The notes under the pieces were generated by a model. The model saw only the letters and a list, made by a program, of their open reading frames with translations, ran no database searches and was not told where the DNA came from. The translations under genes were made by a program, and so were the position numbers. Positions 29,114 through 36,503 of a stretch of DNA of 40,394 nt are shown here, piece by piece (position 1 is the stretch's first letter; every line of letters starts with the position of its first letter). Location of the stretch: sequence record SRR33789315_113. The stretch is one strand, 5' to 3'.

Positions 29114-30060
29114 AGTACTTATTACTAAATCTTATCGCGATTATGATTTTCGCTAGTTGTTCAAGTGATTCAAAAAAAATCACACCAGAACAGGCAGCGC
29201 AAAACGATGCAATTAGCCCCGAAATTCAGCAAGAGTTTAACTGGATAGAAAATGCTGATTTTACTGAAGTTGCCCCTGAACCTTTCGTGGCAACTGAAGA
29301 TAAATTTGAAGGCAGTATTTCAAATCAAGACTCACTCTCTCAAGAGTCAATTGCAAGACTTCCGGCTCCAAAGATTGAAGATGCAATTGATTCCAATGAC
29401 ATTACAACAAAGTTAGCTGGTTTATGTCATGCAAATCGTTTTAATGATGCTTTCCTTTTAGTAAAGAAGCAGTTTCGTAAGTTTAAAAAACATCCCGGCT
29501 TTTGGAATCAGGTTGGTACATGTTATTTAGGTAAGAAAGATTATCGTTCAGCAATTCTCTTTTACAATAAATCGCGTGAAATTGATTCGAAGTATTCACC
29601 ACCACTTAACAATCTTGGTGTGATTTATCAAATTCGTGGTAGCAAGGCGAAGGCTTACCTGGCATACAAAGAAGCGTCTAAACTCAATCCACTTTCGCTC
29701 ACTCCTCTTTTTAACTTGGCGCAACTTCAGCTGCAAGGTGGTCAAGTTGATAATGCAATTGTCGCTTTTCAAGCTTTGGTAAAAAAGAATGATGATGATT
29801 CAGATGCATTAGCTGGTTTTGCGACAGCCTTATTTATCCGTGGAGACACTGATCAGGCAATTAGGGTTTTTGATCGTCTATCTTCTGAGGCGCTAGCGCA
29901 ACCATCTTATGGGACGAATTATGCTTTAGCGTTAAAGCTTGGTGGAAAAGAAGATAAAGCAAGAGAAGTCTTATCTCGTGTGAGTTCTACACCTAGTCGT
30001 GAGCTAATTGATTACTATAACAAAGTTAAAGCTTTTGTTTATCAAGGTGGAAACCAATGA
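29110..30060 (+). CDS. gltE: TPR lipoprotein, GltE/AglT-like
   Basis: Lipobox FASC, TPRs (LNNLGVIY, LFNLAQL), and synteny. Confidence 0.65.
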   Translation: MKYLLLNLIAIMIFASCSSDSKKITPEQAAQNDAISPEIQQEFNWIENADFTEVAPEPFVATEDKFEGSISNQDSLSQESIARLPAPKIEDAIDSNDITTKLAGLCHANRFNDAFLLVKKQFRKFKKHPGFWNQVGTCYLGKKDYRSAILFYNKSREIDSKYSPPLNNLGVIYQIRGSKAKAYLAYKEASKLNPLSLTPLFNLAQLQLQGGQVDNAIVAFQALVKKNDDDSDALAGFATALFIRGDTDQAIRVFDRLSSEALAQPSYGTNYALALKLGGKEDKAREVLSRVSSTPSRELIDYYNKVKAFVYQGGNQ

Positions 30061-30326
30061 TTAAATTTACTGCATTAATTTTTGCTGGCCTAATGTTTTT
30101 TGCTACTCAGGCTAGTGCCCAAAACTCTAATTCTAATGAAAGAGTTAAATATCAGTATAAAAAATATCAAAAATTTGATTTTGAAGACATTGCCATTGAA
30201 GGTGATACCGGAAATCCGGGAGACCTTTCTATTGCATCTAGATATCAACGTAAATTTAAAAATAAACTACCGTATAGAGTAAATTTTAATCCAGAAATTG
30301 CTCGTGCTGTTGAGCGTGTTAGATAA
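30057..30326 (+). CDS. gltF: Small secreted GltF/CglF-like protein
   Basis: YKKYQKFDFEDIAIEGD..P...FKNKLPYRVNFNPEI resembles CglF. Directly upstream of gltG. Confidence 0.72.
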   Translation: MIKFTALIFAGLMFFATQASAQNSNSNERVKYQYKKYQKFDFEDIAIEGDTGNPGDLSIASRYQRKFKNKLPYRVNFNPEIARAVERVR

Positions 30327-30338
30327 TGAGGAGTTTTC

Positions 30339-32324
30339 GTGGAAACTGATAGCAGGGCCGCGCCATATACACCTTCTTTTGAGTTGTCTCCTGTAGACGG
30401 GTCAAAAGCTCGAGCTGTTTTAAAGCGAAGAGTATTAATTGGACGCTCTCAAACTTGTGATATTGTGATTGACCATCCAAGTGTCGCAGATATCCATGCA
30501 GTGCTTGAACTTAATAAAGACACCGGTCGTCTATACGACATGGATACAGCGACTGGATCTAAAGTAAATGGACAAAAAGTTATCGCTGAGTCTGTTGATT
30601 TTGGGGATAGCATTTCCATCGGTGATGTTGAATTTAAACTGAACCCATTTAAGAAATCTGATGTATTGCCACCTCCTTTAGGAATGCTAACGGATAGAGT
30701 TGAGCTTCCTAAAGCACCTGTTGCTCCTAATGAAGCAATGTCTTTGCCAAAGGCTCCACCTCAAAAGGCGATGACTTCCTCAGATGGCGAAGTTTTTATA
30801 CCCCGAGTGGAATATCCTCTTGCAGCTGATCCAAAGGCAGAGTTTAGTGAGTATATTTTTGAAGATGTTGAAACTCTTTATCCAATCTTTGATTATTCGG
30901 TTTCAAAAAACTTTGCCGTTGAAGTTATCATTCTTCATTGTGGAAGGATTGTTTCCGTTGATTACCTTCCACAAAAAGATGCGACTTATAGCCTTGCTGG
31001 TCGTTCAATGGCACCAAAAGAAGTTGAGTTTGCCTACCTTGGTCTAAAAGAAAAAGTTCCATTCGTTGAAATTAAAGGAAGTGACGTTCAGATCTTTCCT
31101 TTGACTGGCTATAAAATGAAACATATTGGCGCTGAAGGTAAGCCTTCAAGCGCTATGGTTGGCTTAGGTCATGATCATATTCTTGGTTTCACTAAAGGTG
31201 ATTTGCAAATTTTTGTGCGCGGAACAGATGCACCACCACGAGTTAAAGCTGCACCAGTATTAAGACGTGATCCAGGTTTTAAGAAATATCTATTTTTAAT
31301 GCTCTTGCTTGTAAGTGCATTTCTTGTTGGTATTAATACATTTGAAGTGGATGAAGAGCTAGAAAAAGAGAAGGCACCAGAGCGTCTTGCCTCTATTCTT
31401 TATAGAAAGAAATTGGCAGTTACGCCTAAGAAAACTATCGACAACACACCTGATAAGCCAAAAGAAGAAGCTCAAAAAGCTCCAAAGACTAATCCTGTTG
31501 AGAAAAAAGAAGTTAAACCTCAGGAAACAAAAGCTGTGGAGAAAAAAGCTGATAATCCTGGTGACAAAGCTGCAACCAAAACCGGACAAGTTAAAAAAGC
31601 ATCTGCCAATAAAGGTCCAGATAAACCAATGGATAAGGTTGCGCCAAAAAATACTTCAAAGGCAAATAATTCTGCACCTGCTAAATCAAATAACTCTAAG
31701 AAAGCTGCCAATCCAAATAATAAAGGACCAGTTGATGCCTATAAATCATTTGATTTTAAAGGCAGTATGAGTTCAATTTTGGCTAAAGGTGGAAGTTTAA
31801 AATCAGCATCAGAGGTTAGTAATGCTGATGTTAGTTTAGATGGACCATCTATTTCAGGCGCCAGTGATGGTGCGACAATGCAAAAGGCGAATGTTAGTAC
31901 CAATGTTGGAAGTTTATCTGGTTCAGCTTCTGGTAAGCTTGATTCAACTAAGGGCACGCAGGGTTTATCTGATAAGAAAAATATTTACACTGCTGGTTTA
32001 CCTTACAAGACGGTTATTTTAGGTGGAATGGACCCGAATACAATTCGCCAAATTCTTATGGATAACGTCCCGCTATTTAGACAATGTTATCAAAGTGCGC
32101 TTGATCGTTCTCAATCCGCGTTTGATGGTGTTGTTAGGTTAAATTTTGTTATTGGGGCATCAGGGCACGTTACTAGAGCAGGTGTGGATTCTTATTCGAA
32201 TCTATCTCCAAAGGTTCGAAATTGTGTGGTTAATGTCTTAAAAGGCATTAAGTTTCCAGAGCCTCTTGGCGGTGGTGTCGTAGAAGTGAACCAACCGTTT
32301 AACTTCTATCCTAAGGTCCAGTAA
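30339..32324 (+). CDS. gltG: GltG/PglI-like protein: FHA domain, TM helix, Lys/Pro-rich linker, TonB-like C-terminal domain
   Basis: FHA IGRSQTCDIVIDHPSVADIHA, single TM, low-complexity linker, and FRQCYQSAL..CVVNVLKGIKFPEPLGG..VNQPFNF. Confidence 0.82.
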   Translation: METDSRAAPYTPSFELSPVDGSKARAVLKRRVLIGRSQTCDIVIDHPSVADIHAVLELNKDTGRLYDMDTATGSKVNGQKVIAESVDFGDSISIGDVEFKLNPFKKSDVLPPPLGMLTDRVELPKAPVAPNEAMSLPKAPPQKAMTSSDGEVFIPRVEYPLAADPKAEFSEYIFEDVETLYPIFDYSVSKNFAVEVIILHCGRIVSVDYLPQKDATYSLAGRSMAPKEVEFAYLGLKEKVPFVEIKGSDVQIFPLTGYKMKHIGAEGKPSSAMVGLGHDHILGFTKGDLQIFVRGTDAPPRVKAAPVLRRDPGFKKYLFLMLLLVSAFLVGINTFEVDEELEKEKAPERLASILYRKKLAVTPKKTIDNTPDKPKEEAQKAPKTNPVEKKEVKPQETKAVEKKADNPGDKAATKTGQVKKASANKGPDKPMDKVAPKNTSKANNSAPAKSNNSKKAANPNNKGPVDAYKSFDFKGSMSSILAKGGSLKSASEVSNADVSLDGPSISGASDGATMQKANVSTNVGSLSGSASGKLDSTKGTQGLSDKKNIYTAGLPYKTVILGGMDPNTIRQILMDNVPLFRQCYQSALDRSQSAFDGVVRLNFVIGASGHVTRAGVDSYSNLSPKVRNCVVNVLKGIKFPEPLGGGVVEVNQPFNFYPKVQ

Positions 32325-32363
32325 GCCAATAAAAAGCCACAGAAATTGGGCTTGATCGGCTTT
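32323..32363 (+). terminator. Possible terminator-like nested stem-loop after gltG
   Basis: AAGCC..AAGCC-loop-GGCTT..GGCTT followed by only a weak T tract. Confidence 0.3.
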
Positions 32364-32401
32364 GTAAGTACCTGATTACATGAAAAAATACATTCTATTG
32401 T

Positions 32402-32437
32402 ATACTGACTTCACGAACTTGAATTTGGAGTCAGTAT
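32402..32437 (+). promoter_or_regulatory. Hairpin sequestering the RBS and start codon of the 32436 gene
   Basis: ATACTGACTTCA (32402-32413) pairs with TGGAGTCAGTAT (32426-32437): 12 bp with one G-U pair and a 12 nt loop. The 3' arm contains GGAG and the AT of ATG. Confidence 0.65.
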
Positions 32438-32966
32438 GTCTGATCAGGGACTCGCCATCTTTTCACCATTTAAAATAGCCCTCGTAGTGGGCTTTACCTT
32501 TTTAGCTTGGGGTGACTTAGTTCATGGCGATCAGATTGCCCTCATGGTGGAAACACTAGTCATCGGTCTGTATTTAAATGATTTATATCTTAAAAGAAAT
32601 CAAATCATTAGCGCAAAACGATTAACTTTTTCAGAATTCTTGGCGCAAGTGAAACACGATTGGAATCATTTTAGTTTTAAGCAATGGCTACTAAGCTTTT
32701 TTGATACATCTACTGAAGAAGCAAAAAAACGTTATACTTTAAATCTTATATTCATGGGTATCATCTTGACTCCCGCGATTATGAGTATTTTGAAATTTAA
32801 CGAAAGTGTTCAAGAAGGAATTTTAACTTTTGGATTTGTGATCTGGTCACTATGGTTTATTGTCACGAATTTAAAAGAGTTCCAAAGAACAAGAGAACTT
32901 AAAAGACTCTTGTTTTCAAATATTGGTGTGTATTTCTTGATTTGTTCTTTGGTCTTAGTGCTTTAG
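32436..32966 (+). CDS. Hypothetical integral membrane protein
   Basis: 176 aa with about 5 hydrophobic segments and a GGAG RBS. Confidence 0.7.
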   Translation: MSDQGLAIFSPFKIALVVGFTFLAWGDLVHGDQIALMVETLVIGLYLNDLYLKRNQIISAKRLTFSEFLAQVKHDWNHFSFKQWLLSFFDTSTEEAKKRYTLNLIFMGIILTPAIMSILKFNESVQEGILTFGFVIWSLWFIVTNLKEFQRTRELKRLLFSNIGVYFLICSLVLVL

Positions 32967-33482
32967 TTATTGCTCTATGCCCATGACGACGAATTTGTAT
33001 TCTTTAAATCCAGCTTCAGCACATGTATAGAGCAGCTTCTTAACGAAGCTATATTTAACTGTTTTATCTACAATTAAATTTACAACCCCACCAAACTTAT
33101 TAGCTTCCGGTGAACTTTTGGCCGAAAGCTGAATCAACTCTTTACGCTTAACGAGCTCATTAAATAGTGGGATGAGACGCCTTCCACCTTGGTCTGTACT
33201 GCCTCTTAGATTTGTTTCAATATTAAGGACTTCTTTGTCTTCAACCCAAATTGTTGTCGGAGAAACTTGAACGATAACACCTTCATTACTTGGTGTAGCT
33301 GAACTAGAAACAGGAAGCTCGACGTCTTTTGGAACAGTCATGATGATGCCTGTAGAGTTCGTGCTTTGTAGCAAGAATACAAGCATAATAACGAGAATAT
33401 CGAGTAGGGAAGTGATATCCAGATCAAAGACCTGAGACTTACGCTTTCTACCTCTATTTCTAATTGATCGAGAGCTTCTCAT
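32967..33482 (-). CDS. aglS: ExbD/TolR-family motor subunit, AglS-like
   Basis: DITSLLDILVIMLVFLL TM with conserved Asp, and DKTVKYSFVKKLLYTCAEAGF. Confidence 0.8.
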   Translation of the reverse strand: MRSSRSIRNRGRKRKSQVFDLDITSLLDILVIMLVFLLQSTNSTGIIMTVPKDVELPVSSSATPSNEGVIVQVSPTTIWVEDKEVLNIETNLRGSTDQGGRRLIPLFNELVKRKELIQLSAKSSPEANKFGGVVNLIVDKTVKYSFVKKLLYTCAEAGFKEYKFVVMGIEQ

Positions 33483-33491
33483 ATATCCTCT

Positions 33492-34019
33492 TTAACTTTG
33501 AATATTACCGAAAATGATTTTAGGAAATAAGGCCTTAAGTCTCATTTCTACTCCATCTTTATCTTTGGCAAAGAGAGCAGGATCGGTATTTCTAAGTTCT
33601 CTTGTAGCATCCATAATTTTAATAATATCTTCATAAGTCAGATCAACTATTGGCTCAAAAATAACCGTCTCTTCTTTTAAGTGACGACCCTTCAGACTTA
33701 ATAAGACTTCATGAAGTTTTTCCAAATCATAAAATCCATCACTGCTCTTACCAATACGAGTCATTGTTGAAGCAGGCACTCCTGTTAGAACTTCTATATA
33801 GCTAGAAGTAATACGAAGAGTAAGTGCAAGTGGTTTTTGATTCTTTGGAGGTTCCGCATCACTAATAATTGGAACATCAGAAGGAATTTCATAAATTTTT
33901 ACAAAATTCGCAGACATCAAAAGAAAGAAGATGAAAATAAAAACCGCATCTAATATTGGAATTAGATTCGGTTTTACAAATTCTTTTTTAGTCTTTCTGC
34001 GACTGGGAGCTCTATACAC
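33492..34019 (-). CDS. aglQ: ExbD/TolR-family motor subunit, AglQ-like
   Basis: NLIPILDAVFIFIFFLLMS TM with Asp, and YEDIIKIMDATR. GTG start behind AGGAG. Confidence 0.8.
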   Translation of the reverse strand: MYRAPSRRKTKKEFVKPNLIPILDAVFIFIFFLLMSANFVKIYEIPSDVPIISDAEPPKNQKPLALTLRITSSYIEVLTGVPASTMTRIGKSSDGFYDLEKLHEVLLSLKGRHLKEETVIFEPIVDLTYEDIIKIMDATRELRNTDPALFAKDKDGVEMRLKALFPKIIFGNIQS

Positions 34020-34029
34020 ATCCGACTCC

Positions 34030-34689
34030 TTACTCGCCCATTTCCTTCTTAGTGGTCAGCATATCCATTAGCTTTACTGAAAATTCATCAATCTCATTAA
34101 TGATCTTTTCAGATTTTGTGCTTAGGAAGGTATGAACCATCATGATAGAAATGGCAGCACACAGACCTAAGAAGGTTGTGTTCATCGCAGTCGCAATACC
34201 TGAAGCTAGTAGTTCCGCTTTTTGGGCCGGATCTGCGGCAGCAACTGCAGCAAATGATTGAATCAGACCTTGAATCGTTCCAAGTAGACCGAATAAAGTT
34301 GAAATATTGGCAATCAATTGAAGATAGTTAAGTCTGAGCTCAACTTTTGGAATCACTTCTAATGCTGTTGCATCAATCGCATTTTGAATTTGATTAGCAT
34401 TCGTATTCGCTCTTTTAAGTCCTGACTTTAGAACTTTAGGAAGTGCTGCAACTGAGCCTGAACAAACACGGATTGCACCTTGAATATCGTTTGATAAAAC
34501 ATAGCGCTGAAGTTCATTCATAAATGAAGCTCCATCCACATCAAGTTTAAAAGAAAGTCTCATGAATCTTTCAATTGCAATGGCAATTCCGATCGCCCAA
34601 ATAAAGACGATGATCCACATGAAGATTCCGCCTTGTTGGAAAAACATGGCGATAGTGTTTAATAGGCTTGGTACTGGTGCGGCTTCCAT
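34030..34689 (-). CDS. aglR: MotA/TolQ/ExbB proton-channel subunit, AglR-like
   Basis: STLFGLLGTIQGLI and GIATAMNTTFLGL. Followed by two ExbD paralogues. Confidence 0.85.
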   Translation of the reverse strand: MEAAPVPSLLNTIAMFFQQGGIFMWIIVFIWAIGIAIAIERFMRLSFKLDVDGASFMNELQRYVLSNDIQGAIRVCSGSVAALPKVLKSGLKRANTNANQIQNAIDATALEVIPKVELRLNYLQLIANISTLFGLLGTIQGLIQSFAAVAAADPAQKAELLASGIATAMNTTFLGLCAAISIMMVHTFLSTKSEKIINEIDEFSVKLMDMLTTKKEMGE

Positions 34690-34800
34690 GCCATTTGCTC
34701 CTGTTATTATTTCAACTAATTATAAGTATATGATAACCGCAAAATGGATTTAAGGGGGTGAAAATACATAGGAAGGAAACTCTTTCCCGTTCGAATTGCT

Positions 34801-35385
34801 CTAGTAATTCATTGGAAAAAGTGATCTTTCAATTCCTTCAATGAACATATGGATCAATTTAATATGCATTTCTTGAATTCGATCACTGACATCGCTGTCG
34901 ATTACAAAAGGATAATCAACTTCACCAGCAAGCTTGCCGCCACCTTTTCCTAGAAGACCTATCACTTTCATCCCGTGAAGTTTTGCAGCTTTAACGGCTT
35001 CAATAATGTTGGGAGAATTTCCACTGGTTGAAATTGCGAGTAGTACATCATCTTTCTTTCCCCAACCTTCAACCGCTCTTGAGAAAACTTTGTCGTAGCC
35101 GAAATCATTGGCAACACAAGTAAGATGGCTTGGATCAGAAATTGCTAGTGCGGCCAGAGCAGGGCGATCTTTTCTAAAGCGTCCTGTTAATTCTTCTGCA
35201 AAGTGCATGGCATCGCACATGGATCCACCGTTACCACAACTAAGAACCTTACCTTGGTTCTTGTAGGCATGAACCATAGCTTCAATCGCTTTTTGCATTG
35301 TCTCAACATTTTTATCATTAGAGATAAAACTATTGAGAACGCGACTGGCTTCATTAAAGTTTGAGGTGATTTGTTGCTTTTCCAT
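34801..35385 (-). CDS. gmhA: D-sedoheptulose 7-phosphate isomerase
   Basis: CGNGGSMCDAMHFAEELTGRF, ISTSGNS and RIQEMHI. Likely start ATG 35385. Confidence 0.96.
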   Translation of the reverse strand: MEKQQITSNFNEASRVLNSFISNDKNVETMQKAIEAMVHAYKNQGKVLSCGNGGSMCDAMHFAEELTGRFRKDRPALAALAISDPSHLTCVANDFGYDKVFSRAVEGWGKKDDVLLAISTSGNSPNIIEAVKAAKLHGMKVIGLLGKGGGKLAGEVDYPFVIDSDVSDRIQEMHIKLIHMFIEGIERSLFPMNY

Positions 35386-35395
35386 ATTAAAGTCC

Positions 35396-35423
35396 AAAAA
35401 AAAGGGGATCAGTGATCCCCTTT
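35396..35423 (-). terminator. Intrinsic terminator after trxA
   Basis: Minus strand reads AAAGGGGATC-ACT-GATCCCC-TTTTTTTT: perfect stem plus 8 U. Confidence 0.85.
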
Positions 35424-35448
35424 ATTGTTAAGCGTATTTTGTTAAATC

Positions 35449-35772
35449 TCAAGCAAGCTCTTCAAGAGTTTTCTTGATTTCTTCTTTTGGTTGTACACCA
35501 ACAAGAGTTTTTGCGGCCTGTCCGCCTTTAAAGAAAATCATTGTTGGAATTCCACGAATTCCGTATTGCTGAGCAAGCTCACCATTTTCATCAACATTTA
35601 CTTTAACGATTTGTGCTTTTTCACCAAGTTCATTGGCTACTTCATCAAGAACTGGTCCTAGTGTACGACAAGGTCCACACCACTCAGCCCAGAAGTCTAC
35701 TAATACTGGTTTGTCTGATTTCAAAACAGTTTGATCAAAATTTGCAATGTCTGCTTTTCCAACTGTGGCCAT
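35449..35772 (-). CDS. trxA: Thioredoxin
   Basis: VDFWAEWCGPCR and GIRGIPT. ATG 35772 behind GGAGGA. Confidence 0.97.
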   Translation of the reverse strand: MATVGKADIANFDQTVLKSDKPVLVDFWAEWCGPCRTLGPVLDEVANELGEKAQIVKVNVDENGELAQQYGIRGIPTMIFFKGGQAAKTLVGVQPKEEIKKTLEELA

Positions 35773-35934
35773 GCGGTCCTCCACTTTATTCACTAAAAGG
35801 TAATTACAATATTTACCTATTCTAGAGTGTTACGTCCAGTTTCTATTATATGTGACTTGATGCGGTGCGATTATTACATCCTGATACATTTTTGCCTTAT
35901 ATCATTAAAGAAATCAATAAGATAAGATCGATTC

Positions 35935-36435
35935 ATGATGAGAAAATACATTCTCAAGCGCCCTTTAAAGGTCGCAAGGCTCACTCGTATTTTGGCCAAG
36001 TCGATAGACTTGTTCATTGTCTTATTGTTGTCTTTTTTCTTTTACCCTCTTGGAATTTTATTGAGTGTGACTTATATCGGCGTGGCTGATTCTCTACAAA
36101 ATGGTCAAAGTGTTGGAAAGAAATTTATGGGCTTTGCTGTCATCTCCTTAGAGGATGGAAAACCGTGCACGATGAAGCAGTCTTTCATCAGAAATCTTCC
36201 AATTATTATCCCACTGGTTTTAGCGATTATTCCTTTTTGGGGATGGATCTTCTCTTTAGTATTGGGTCTTCCGTTAGTTCTTATGGAGGTCTATTTGCTC
36301 TATAAGTTAGACTCTGGGCACAGGCTTGGAGACGTGATGGCAGATACCTCTGTTATGGCCAATGACGGCACGGCAGAAGCTATTAAAAAGCGCAAAACGA
36401 GCTGGTTTAGCGAGACCGGAACTATCGCCAGGTAA
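35935..36435 (+). CDS. RDD family membrane protein
   Basis: RILAKSID, GQSVGKKFMG, IRN and RLGDVMADTSV. Confidence 0.9.
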   Translation: MMRKYILKRPLKVARLTRILAKSIDLFIVLLLSFFFYPLGILLSVTYIGVADSLQNGQSVGKKFMGFAVISLEDGKPCTMKQSFIRNLPIIIPLVLAIIPFWGWIFSLVLGLPLVLMEVYLLYKLDSGHRLGDVMADTSVMANDGTAEAIKKRKTSWFSETGTIAR

Positions 36436-36503
36436 AACGCACCTGTCCTACCAACTTAATCATCAAAATGTTAAAAAATGAGCTCTAAAGTTAGGAGCTT
36501 TTC

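Noticed and set aside
31400-31740. Lys/Pro/Ala/Asn-rich low-complexity stretch in gltG as a DNA repeat
   Set aside because: Explained as the periplasm-spanning linker of a TonB-like protein; no exact tandem repeat units seen.
32967-34689. Ordinary Tol-Pal or TonB-ExbBD operon
   Set aside because: Two ExbD paralogues, the AMNTT signature and adjacent glt-like genes fit AglRQS better; no tolB/pal or TonB-dependent receptor lies beside it.
36480-36500. GAGCTCTA..TAGGAGCTT hairpin over the polA RBS
   Set aside because: Short bulged stem with marginal stability; cannot be distinguished from chance.
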